Below are positions 41,114-51,782 of a stretch of DNA of 64,000 bases, in pieces (within the stretch, counting starts at the first letter, position 1; every line of letters begins with the position of its first letter). The notes below the pieces were generated by a model. It saw only the letters and a program-made list of their open reading frames with translations. It was not told the DNA's origin and did not search any database. The translations under genes and the position numbers were made by a program. The DNA comes from Octopus sinensis (lineage: Eukaryota). The DNA is taken from positions 19,108,464-19,172,463 of the forward strand of contig NC_043011.1 in the NCBI RefSeq assembly GCF_006345805.1, in the 5' to 3' direction.

Positions 41114-41689
41114 TATATACAAGCAGTATAAGCCAGCTTTGACCAGGATTAAGTTACGATTATTAAGCTAATCAAGTAATATCGACGTCAAATATAATAT
41201 GATGTAATATAGATATATATGGACAACACACACGAACACACATACACACACGTACGTACGTACAGCTATTGCATATGTTGTTTGCACGCATACATGTTCA
41301 AAACAGATATGAATTAAAAAAATGTTGGTAAATGTGTAGATTAACACTCGCACGATTTTTCCAAAATGAAAAAAAAACCGTTTTTTTTTGCGTGGAATCA
41401 ACTACTCTGGCCTCCTAATATGCTACAAAACCCTTCTGTAGTCCGTAAGACGGAGTGGGGTTTGGTGGAAGCCTCGGAAATTGTACACATTTATATTGTG
41501 TAACTAGCATTAAAGACCCGTCGTTGCCGGGTCATAGTGCTAGAGCATGTATATATGTGTATATATATGTGTACATATTACATGTACATCTATATATATA
41601 TACATCTACACATAAAATACAAAATACAAAGTTATATCTTGATATCGCTAGTGATAACAATAGTCAAAATATATAATAGACTGGAATTG

Positions 41690-41969
41690 TTAGCCCGTCT
41701 CTTGTAATTTTGATCAATTGTATCTTGTCCCCCTCTTGTATAGAAGTGTGACTACAATACAGCCTACCTCTACTTCTGTGGGGTGGGGGCACTTTTAATT
41801 TTTTCCGGGACGTCCTTCGTCTCAGATATAGAGGTAAAAATAAAATATTCTCCCTTGCACGCTCCGTTGACTCGAACCTTGCTTCTATTGTGGCGAATTT
41901 ACCGCCTCTGATTAGATACCTTTCATAGTCGCACCAAGACACTTTTCGAAGGTGCTTTCCTCCATGTGA
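41690..41969 (-). pseudogene. 3' part of an old, decayed ORF1/Gag-like relative (U0); duplicated at 44385-44665
   Basis: MEESTFEKCLGATMK, IRGGKFATIEARFESTERARE, ILFLPLYLRRRTSRKKLKVPP align with EKCLGDIMK, RGKKYGTVEVRC, PTYKGRRGVRVRVPKVPP of the array ORF. Confidence 0.75.
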
Positions 41970-42703
41970 TTTTATTATTACCCACTAGGGGCTACATAGA
42001 TGGGACAATACAATCGGGAAAATGAATAATGAATTATGAAGTTTGTACAATGTGGTGCAATGCCCACTCGATCCCCGAAATCGAGCGGTTACATTTCGTC
42101 ATTTATTTTTATTCGTCATCAATATTTTCCAAATTATACATTTTCAACATACATTTCAAAAGTTTTACAAAGTTCAACATTTCTTTTTTTTTTTCCGAAT
42201 TTAAAGTTCTTTTTATCATTTCCAAATTTAAGTTTTCACAATACCTTTTCTTTTATATATACTCCATTATGTCTACCAAATCTGAGTAAACTTCCATCGT
42301 TCGAGGCCACCTTGTAAGTCGGCATTTCATATGTTTTAGCACGTTCTCGCCAGCTGCCTCGATGAACGCCTCGGCGTCGTTCTCGTGGACGAGTGCACCT
42401 GTTTCTTTCCATTCGGTGCCCATCCTGACCCACGTATATCCGTTTGTTCCACTTATTAAATCTTCCATCTCCTCACAGTGCTTGTGATGGATCAACGTTC
42501 CATAGTATTTGAATTTTCTATTCGTACCTACGTTTTCTCTAGTTTTTCTCTTAGGACTTACTTCCTCTTTTTTCTCCTCCCTCGGTTTCTCTCTTTCTCT
42601 CTTTTTGCTTTCTCTTCTTTCTTTTTCCTTCTCTTGTCTTTTTGGCTCTTTGTCTGCCGTCTCTCTAACCTGTGCCTTAAGTTCCTTTCCTGTTGTTTCT
42701 TTT
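41970..42703 (-). mobile_element. Unit U1: 3' part of a family-1 ORF1-only element (product of the segmental duplication)
   Basis: C-terminal ORF 42253-42703, 3' UTR, terminal motif GTAGCCCCTAGTGGGTAATAATAAAA. Confidence 0.85.
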
Positions 42704-42926
42704 GTGCGTCTCTGTTTTAAAGCCAGGTTCAAATATCACACCTTAAGCTTCAGACGCTGGGATTAAAGGAAGACAACCATATTATCCACTTATACATGCT
42801 CCTTAAAAGAAAACGGTGTCAACTATAAGATCCACTGGAAGATCTTGGCGAAGTTGAAGACGGCGGGGGATGGAAAACAAAGACGCACAAATGCACACAC
42901 TCACTCACACACACAAATATATACAG

Positions 42927-42995
<69 letters not shown>

Positions 42996-43139
42996 GACAT
43001 CCTTTCAGCTTCCATCTACCAAGTCCACTCACAGGGCTTTGGCCTGCTCGAGTGCTATAGTAGAAGACACTTGCTCAGGATGTCACACAGTAGTACTGAA
43101 CCCGGATTGCTGCTGTTGGGAAGCAAGCATCTTATCACG

Positions 43140-43180
<41 letters not shown>

Positions 43181-43777
43181 CGATTTACAATGGAAATACC
43201 ATTCACATTTGTATACGCATAGACGTTTTGCCAGAAATACAGATAGGTCTTCTTCAAATAAATAATACAGGATCAACTAGGAGAGGGAAAATGTTGACAT
43301 TTGAAATATGCTTGGCAAAACAACGTAGCAAACAGGCATTGGATTTCTGGCATAAGTAACTATTGTTTATCACAAGGGCATTACGTATTCACATAATCCT
43401 CAAATCTATATATTTCCATGTCATAGTCCTTATTTTGCCGTCAGCATTTTTTGATTCCTAGCTATATCTGCAATACAATCATTGTAATCTTTATCATCGG
43501 TGCATCATGTAATAAATTTATTTCAATGTTTATTGCACTTTACGTCACCACACAAATTATTTCAGTGAATTCTGTTGGTCATATTTTGAATATTGTCTAC
43601 TGTATAATTCAAACTTAACAAAGTCTTAGGGAGCAGTTTCTTAACATATTTGACATTGTTTCGGCGGAACAAACATAGTGTACATCAAGCGGAATTTTCA
43701 ACACACACTCACACACACGTGTGTGTGTATATATAATGTTAAATATATATATACAACACATATATATATGGGGTATG

Positions 43778-43809
<32 letters not shown>

Positions 43810-44198
43810 ATATATACAAGCAGTATAAGCCAGCTTTGACCAGGATTAAGTTACGATTATTAAGCTAATCAAGTAATATCGACGTCAAATATAATATGAT
43901 GTAATATAGATATATATGGACAACACACACGAACACACATACACACACGTACGTACGTACAGCTATTGCATATGTTGTTTGCACGCATACATGTTCAAAA
44001 CAGATATGAATTAAAAAAATGTTGGTAAATGTGTAGATTAACACTCGCACGATTTTTCCAAAATGAAAAAAAAAACCGTTTTTTGCGTGGAATCAACTAC
44101 TCTGGCCTCCTAATATGCTACAAAACCCTTCTGTAGTCCGTAAGACGGAGTGGGGTTTGGTGGAAGCCTCGGAAATTGTACACATTTATATTGTGTAA

Positions 44199-44238
44199 CT
44201 AGCATTAAAGACCCGTCGTTGCCGGGTCATAGTGCTAG
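44199..44238 (-). mobile_element. Helitron-type 3' end (hairpin then CTAG followed by T); duplicated at 41504-41543
   Basis: Minus: ACCCGGCAACGACGGGT-ctttaatg-CTAG|T, similar to the 3' end at 61756-61783. Confidence 0.6.
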
Positions 44239-44665
44239 AGCATGTATATATGTGTATATATATGTGTACATATTACATGTACATCTATATATATATACAT
44301 CTACACATAAAATACAAAATACAAAGTTATATCTTGATATCGCTAGTGATAACAATAGTCAAAATATATAATAGACTGGAATTGTTAGCCCGTCTCTTGT
44401 AATTTTGATCAATTGTATCTTGTCCCCCCTCTTGTATAGAAGTGTGACTACAATACAGCCTACCTCTACTTCTGTGGGGTGGGGGCACTTTTAATTTTTT
44501 CCGGGACTTCCTTCGTCTCAGATATAAAGGTAAAAATAAAATATTCTCCCTTGCACGCTCCGTTGACTCGAACCTTGCTTCTATTGTGGCGCATTTACCG
44601 CCTCTGATTAGATACCTTTCATAGTCGCACCAAGACACTATTCGAAGGTGCTTTCCTCCATGTGA

Positions 44666-46250
44666 TTTTATTATTACCCACTAGGGGCTACATAGATAGG
44701 ACAATACAATCGGGAAAATGAATAATGAATTATGAAGTTTGTACAATGTGGTGCAATGCCCACTCGATCCCCGAAATCGAGCGGTTACATTTCGTCATTT
44801 ATTTTTATTCGTCATCAATATTTTCCAAATTATACATTTTCAACATACATTTCAAAAGTTTTACAAAGTTCAACATTTCTTTTTTTTTCCGAATTTAAAG
44901 TTCTTTTTATCATTTCCAAATTTAAGTTTTCACAATACCTTTTCTTTTATATATACTCCATTATGTCTACCAAATCTGAGTAAACTTCCATCGTTCGAGG
45001 CCAACTTGTAAGTCGGCATTTCATACGCCTCGGCGTCTCTCTACCCTGTGCCTTAAGTTCCTTTCCTGTTGTTTCTTTTCCTTTTTGCATACCATCTTTT
45101 CCTTTCTCTTGGTTCTGTTCCTTCTCTTGTTCTTTTCCTGCTTTTTCTCTTTCCTTTAATGTACTTTCTTTTCTTTCTCTTGCTTCTGCCTTGGCTCCTT
45201 CTCCACTACTTCTGCACCCTGTGATTTTGCTCCTTTTCTACTATCTTCTTCCCTTTGTTTTCATTTTCCTTCAGTGCGCTGTTACTTCCCTTCTCTTGTT
45301 GTTTCTCCGTTATTTCCTTTTCCTTGTTTTCGCTGTTCTTTCCTTCGTGTTCGTTTTCCTTCTCTCCACTTTGTGTCTCTTTTTGCTCCGCTGTGAATTC
45401 ATACAGCGGACATTCCTTTTTTATGTGCCCTCTTGAACCGCACAGGTAGCAATTCGGTTTTCTGCCTTCCACTATTACACTAATTGTTTTTTCGTTTTCT
45501 ATTTCTATTTGGAAGGGAATCTTTCGATGTCTTCAATTGTGGCCATCAGCCACAACTCGACTCCGAATCCCTTCCAATTTACAACGTTCGTCTCCTTAAT
45601 TGACCCTATTTCTACTTCCTCTTTTGCTGCCCTAATAATGCTGTTACCAGCATTTCTGTTTTATATTTGGGGGCACCTTTGGGACTCTTACCCGTACCCC
45701 TCGTCTTCCTTTATACGTCGGCCACATGGTGAAATTTTCCGCTTTCAGGACAGTGGAAGCCAATGAGGCCGCCACTTCCTTTGTTGCGCATCTCACCTCC
45801 ACCGTACCATATTTCTTTCCTCTGTCTACAAAAGTCGCTTTTTTCATGATGTCCCCCAGACATTTCTCTATTTCTTCAATCGTCACTCTCACCAGTTTTC
45901 TCGTGTTCTATCTTGCGTTCTATACGTTATCGTCTTGTTATTTTTTTCTTCTATTGTTTCCACAGGCGGGACCAGCTTCACGCTGTCACCCTCCCTTTTG
46001 ACGAACTTCTCGTATTCCTTCAATTGTTCTATTCTAAAGAACACTTCTTTTATTCTAAGTGACTCGTCACTTTTTGTTGTGGCGACCCCCGCGTAAGTCT
46101 CCATGACTTGAGGGTCGACACACCTTCTATAAAAGGTTCAAACACGCAGCGGCAAACGCCTCGCGCGATTCATTTTTGACAATTTTTTAACTTTTTTTTC
46201 CAAATTTTCACATGCAAAAATAACTAACCACACACTAGCTTGGAGCCATG
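44666..46250 (-). mobile_element. Unit U2: family-1 ORF1-only element with two internal deletions
   Basis: Head CATGGCTCCAAGCTAG, ATG at 46104, CCHC knuckle CYLCGSRGHIKKEC, stop at 44947, shared tail. Confidence 0.88.
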
Positions 46251-48187
46251 TTGTTTTATTATTACCCACTAGGGGCTACATAGATGGGACAATACAATCG
46301 GGAATGAATAATGAATTATGAAGTTTGTACAATGTGGTGTAATGCCCACTCGATCCCCGAAATCGAGCGGTTACATTTCGTCATTTTTTTTTTTTTATTC
46401 GTCAACAATATTTTCCAAATAAAACATTTTATACATTTTCAACATACATTTCAAAAGTTTACAAAGTTCAACATTTCTTTTTTTTTTTTTTCGGAATTTA
46501 AAGTTCTTTTTATCATTTCCAAATTAAAGTTTTCACAATACCTTTTCTTTTATATATACTCCATTATGTCTACCAAATCTGAATAAACTTCCGATGTTCG
46601 AGGCCACTTTGTAAGTCGGCATTTCATATGTTTTAACACGTTCTTGCCAGCTGCCTCGATGAACGCCTCGGCGTCGTTCTCGTGGACGAGTGCTCCTGTT
46701 TCTTTCCATTCGGTGCCCATCCTGACCCACGTATATCCGTTTGTTTCGCTTATTAAATCTTCCATCTCCTCACAGTGCTTGTGATGGATCAACGTTCCAT
46801 AGTATTTGAATTTTCTATTCGTACCTACGTTTTCTCTAGTTTTTCTCTTAGGACTTACTTCCTCTTTTTTCTCCTCCCTCGGTTTCTCTCTTTCTCTCTT
46901 TTTGCTTTCTCTTCTTTCTTTTTTTTCTTCTCTTGTCTTTTTGGCTCTTTGTCTGCCGTCTCTCTACCCTGTGCCTTAAGTTCCTTTCCCTGTTGTTTTT
47001 CTTTCCTTTTTGCATACCATCTTTTCCTTTCTCTTGGTTCTGTTCCTTCTCTTGTTCTTTTCCTGCTTTTTCTCCTTTCCTTTAATGTACTTTCTTTTCT
47101 TTCTCTTGCTTCTGCCTTGGCTCCTTCTCCACTACTTCTGCACCCTGTGAATTTTGCTCCTTTTCTACTATCTTCTTCCCTTTGTTTTCATTTTCCTCCT
47201 TCAGTGGCTGTTACTTCCTTCTCTTGTTGTTTCTCCGTTATTTCCTTTTCCTTGTTTTCGCTGTTCTTTCCTTCGTGTGTTGTTTTCCTTCTCTCCACTT
47301 TGTGTCTCTTTTTGCTCCGCTGTGAATTCATACAGCGGACATTCCTTTTTTATGTGCCCTCTTGATCCGCACAGGTAGCAATTCGGTTTTCTGCCTTCCA
47401 CTATTACACTAATTGTCTTCTCGTTTTCTATTTCTATTTGGAAGGGAAATCTTTCGATGTCTTCCATTGTGGCCATTAGCCACAACTCTACTCCGAATCC
47501 CTTCCAATTTACAACGTTCGTCTCCTTAATTGACCCTATTTCTACTTCCTCTTTTGCTGCCCCAATAATGGCTGTTACCAGCATTTCTGTTTTAATATTT
47601 GGGGGCACCTTTGGGACTCTTACCCGTACCCCTCGTCTTCCTTATACGTCGGCCACATGGTGAAATTTTCCGCTTTCAGGACAGTGGAAGCCAATGAGGC
47701 CGCCACTTCCTTTGTTGCGCATCTCACCTCCACCGTACCATATTTCTTTCCTCTGTCTACAAAAGTCGCTTTTTTTTCATGATGTCCCCCAGACATTTCT
47801 CTATTTCTTCAATCGTCACTCTCACCAGTTTTGTCGGTTTTCTATCTTGCGTTCTATACGTTATCGTCTTGTTATTTTTTTCTTCTATTGTTTCCACAGG
47901 CGGGACCAGCTTCACGCTGTCACCCTCCCTTTTGACGAACTTCTCGTATTCCTTCAATTGTTCTATTCTAAAGAACACTTCTTTTATTCTAAGTGACTCG
48001 TCACTTTTTGTTGTGGCGACCCCCGCGTAAGTCTCCATGACTTGAGGGTCGACACACCTTCTATAAAAGGTTCAAACACGCAGCGGCAAACGCCTCGCGC
48101 GATTCAATTTTTGACAATTTTTTAACAGTTTTTTTCCAAATTTTCACATGCAAAAATAACTAACCAACACACTAGCTTGGAGCCATG
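46251..48187 (-). mobile_element. Unit U3: full-length family-1 ORF1-only element (~1.94 kb)
   Basis: Same head and tail; about 97-98% identical to U4 by eye; no RT or endonuclease coding capacity. Confidence 0.9.
46550..48038 (-). CDS. ORF1/Gag-like nucleic-acid-binding protein (~495 aa): RRM-like N-half, CX2CX4HX4C knuckle, K/E-rich linker, C-terminal domain; frameshifted at homopolymers
   Basis: Track fragments 47757-48038, 47201-47608 and 46550-46792 concatenate into the protein also seen in U2/U4. Confidence 0.75.
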
Positions 48188-50113
48188 TTGTTTTATTATT
48201 ACCCACTAGGGGCTACATAGATGGGACAATACAATCGGGAATGAATAATGAATTATGAAGTTTGTACAATGTGGTGTAATGCCCACTCGATCCCCGAAAT
48301 CGAGCGGTTACATTTCGTCATTTGTTTTTTATTCGTCAACAATATTTTCCAAATAAAACATTTTATACATTTTCAACATACATTTCAAAAGTCTTACAAA
48401 GTTCAACATTTCTTTTTTTTTTTTTTTCCGAATTTAAAGTTCTTTTTATCATTTCCAAATTAAAGTTTTCACAATACCTTTTCTTTTATATATACTCCAT
48501 TATGTCTACCAAATCTGAGTAAACTTCCGATGTTCGAGGCCACCTTGTAAGTCGGCATTTCATATGTTTTAACACGTTCTTGCCAGCTGATTCGATGAAC
48601 GCCTCGGCGTCGTTCTCGTGGACGAGTGCACCTGTTTCTTTCCATTCGGTGCCCATCCTGACCCACGTATATCCGTTTGTTTCGCTTATTAAATCTTCCA
48701 TCTCCTCACAGTGCTTGTGATGGATCAACGTTCCATAGTATTTGAATTTTCTATTCGTACCTACGTTTTCTCTAGTTTTTCTCTTAGGACTTACTTCCTC
48801 TTTTTTCTCCTCCCTCGGTTTCTCTCTTTCTCTCATTTTGCTTTCTCTTCTTTCTTTTTCCTTCTCTTGTCTTTTTGGCTCTTGTCTGCCGTCTCTCTAC
48901 CCTGTGCCTTAAGTTCCTTTCCTGTTGTTTCTTTTCCTTTTTGCATACCATCTTTTCCTTTCTCTTGGTTCTGTTCCTTCTCTTGTTCTTTTCCTGCTTT
49001 TTCTCTTTCCTTTAATGTACTTTCCTTTTCGTTCTCTTGCTTCTGCCTTGGCTCCTTCTCCACTACTTCTGCACCCTGTGAATTTTGCTCCTTTTCTACT
49101 ATCTTCTTCCCTTTGTTTTCATTTTCCTTCAGTGCGCTGTTACTTCCCTTCTCTTGTTGTTTCTCCGTTATTTCCTTTTCCTTGTTTTCGCTGTTCTTTC
49201 CTTCGTGTTCGTTTTCCTTCTCTCCACTTTGTGTCTCTTTTTGCTCCGCTGTGAATTCATACAGCGGACATTCCTTTTTTATGTGCCCTCTTGATCCGCA
49301 CAGGTAGCAATTCGGTTTTCTGCCTTCCACTATTACACTAATTGTCTTCTCGTTTTCTATTTCTATTTGGAAGGGAAATCTTTCGATGTCTTCCATTGTG
49401 GCCATTAGCCACAACTCTACTCCGAATCCCTGCCAATTTACAACGTTCGTCTCCTTAATTGACCCTATTTCTACTTCCTCTTTTGCTGCCCCAATAATGG
49501 CTGTTACCAGCATTTCTGTTTTAATATTTGGGGGCACCTTTGGGACTCTTACCCGTACCCCTCGTCTTCCTTTATACGTCGGCCACATGGTGAAATTTTC
49601 CGCTTTCAGGACAGTGGAAGCCAATGAGGCCGCCACTTCCTTTGTTGCGCATCTCACCTCCACCGTACCATATTTCTTTCCTCCGTCTACAAAAGTCGCT
49701 TTTTTCATGATGTCCCCCAGACATTTCTCTATTTCTTCAATCGTCACTCTCACCAGTTTTCTCGTGTTTCTATCTTGCGTTCTATACGTTATCGTCTTGT
49801 TATTTTTTCTCTATTGTTTCCACAGGCGGGACCAGCTTCACGCTGTCACCCTCCCTTTTGACGAACTTCTCGTATTCCTTCAATTGTTCTTTTCTAAAGA
49901 ACACTTCTTTTATTCTAAGTGACTCGTCACTTTTTGTTGTGGCGACCCCCGCGTAAGTCTCCATGACTTGAGGGTCGACACACCTTCTATAAAAGGTTCA
50001 AACACTCAGCGGCAAACGCCTCGCGCGATTCAATTTTTGACAATTTTTTAACAGTTTTTTTCCAAATTTTCACATGCAAAAATAACTAACCAACACACTA
50101 GCTTGGAGCCATG
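48188..50113 (-). mobile_element. Unit U4: full-length family-1 ORF1-only element (~1.93 kb)
   Basis: Same head and tail; contains the 306-aa open frame 48833-49753. Confidence 0.9.
48486..49964 (-). CDS. ORF1/Gag-like protein (~492 aa), CCHC zinc knuckle; compensating small indels
   Basis: METYAGVATTK...VIVEGRKPNCYLCGSRGHIKKEC...DLVDIMEYI*. ATG-to-stop span is 1479 nt, a multiple of 3. Confidence 0.8.
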
Positions 50114-51782
50114 TTATTTCTTTATTACCCACCAGGGGCTACGAAGAATGGCGGACATAACAAAACATGGGGGACATAGAACAATATGATTAAATTTATG
50201 AGCAAATGAAAATGAAAAAATGATAATATGAAAGCGATGCTAACGGCCCCCTCCGCCAGCATCACTTACCTGTCCTTTTGTTTTCACTGTCACCTGAATG
50301 TTCATTCCCAATACGAAGACCATCCATATCCATTCTTACTCCGAAACTGTCCTCCATATATTCCACGAATTCATTGCTCATTCTTGTATCTTTCACCTCC
50401 CAATTCTCCTTTCACACTCAACACAAACTCATCTATATTCTTCTTTTCCAGCACTGCATATCTGGTCCCATCCATTTCATACCATTCATACTCCTCCATT
50501 ACCCTTTCAACCTCTTTCTGTTCAGTCACAATATAAATGTTCGGCCTGGGTTCGTTTTCAAACTCTTGTCTGTCTGTATTGTTATTTTTCTTTTGTTTTC
50601 TTGTTGGAGGGGAGCGGGTGGGTTCACTGTCTGCAGGGGAAGGGTGGGGTTCAGAGGGTGCGGGGGTGGTGTGGGGTGGGTTGGGGCTTCGCACAGTTTT
50701 TCTTTTTCTTTCTTTTTCTCTTTTTTCTTCCTTCTTCCACTCTTGTTGCATCTCCTCTTCTTCTGTCGTTTCTTTTTCCTTTGGTTCTCTTTGGTTTCTT
50801 CCTCTTTTGGGGCTTCCGCGACGATTCCTTTTCTTTTTCCTTTAGTGGTGGAGGGCAGTAGGCTCTTATGTGACCCCTCATGCCACACTTGTAGCACCTG
50901 GGCGCCCTACCCTCCACCCACACTCTCATAATAATATTTCCAGTTTTTATACTGTCCGTAAGCTTTTCTATAACTTCCGCCTCCGTCTGTATGTTCATTA
51001 CTAGTGTGGCACCTCTCACGCCTTCATATTTCATAATGGCGTGGAGGATGTCCACTTTATCTTCATTTCCTTTGATAACCGCAGCCGTTATTAATTCGCC
51101 CTCTAGGTGTGGAGGTATTCCTTCCACCCTAATTCTGGTGGTCCTTCTATTCAAATACGAGGGGAACAAGTAAAACTTTTCTGTACTCACCACTTGGCTG
51201 CTATATTCCTGGCTGCTTTCTCACTTTTAAATTGTACCGTTATGGTTCCATATTCTAATCCTTTTGTCATGTACACAATTTCTTCTCCTGTCCGTTTGAA
51301 AGCCTCTTCAATTGCTTCCATGTTAATCACTTCCATTTTTCTACCTCCATTCATAAATACTTTATATTTAATGGTTCTACGATGGAACCAGTCTCCGCGC
51401 CCTGCTAGAGGCAACAGCTCAACCTCTCCGTTCTCCTCCTCCTTCATGAACTCCTGGAAGTCCGTCAACTTAGCCAGGTCTATCTCTTTTTCTGTTGGCT
51501 TTCGTTATACCTGCATAGGTGCTTTCCATTTTTTTCACCGCCAACTCCTCCTCAGATGTCGACGAATTTTCAGAGAAATTTCTCCCTTCCATCTCATCCG
51601 TTTGGTAGAGGCGGCTCATAGTCGCCTCAGACCGAAAAACGGCCTCCCGAACAGAAAACGTGCGACGCACAGAACCAGTGCGACGCGAAACCGCACCAAC
51701 CGACGTTCCAATTCCGCAACCACAATTCACTTTTTGTTGTTTTTCTTTTTTAACCGAATTTTACAGAGCGCAAAAAAACGCG
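50114..51782 (-). mobile_element. Unit U5: family-2 ORF1-only element (~1.67 kb)
   Basis: Different 5' head (CGCGTTTTTTT, CpG-rich); tail GTAGCCCCTGGTGGGTAATAAAG. Confidence 0.88.
50262..51619 (-). CDS. Family-2 ORF1/Gag-like protein, frameshifted
   Basis: MSRLYQ...TIKYKVF...FPSYLNRRTTRIRVEGIPP...VWVEGRAPRCYKCGMRGHIRAYC; homologous to family 1 at low identity. Confidence 0.72.

Larger units (their letters stand above)
40042..45079. repeat. Tandem segmental duplication, ~2.67-kb period (copy A 40042-42703, copy B 42714-45079)
   Basis: Near-identical copies with scattered substitutions and microsatellite length changes; copy B has two internal deletions at ~45025-45037. Confidence 0.95.

Noticed and set aside
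46255-46285. CTAG/CTGG in the shared tail motif as a Helitron CTRR end (rolling-circle tandem)
   Set aside because: No GC-rich hairpin upstream, and the next unit does not begin with TC after CTRR; an A-rich tail follows instead.
46775-49922. Long Phe/Leu/Ser-rich plus-strand ORFs in the array that look like membrane proteins
   Set aside because: They are antisense shadows of the purine-rich K/E-coding minus strand.
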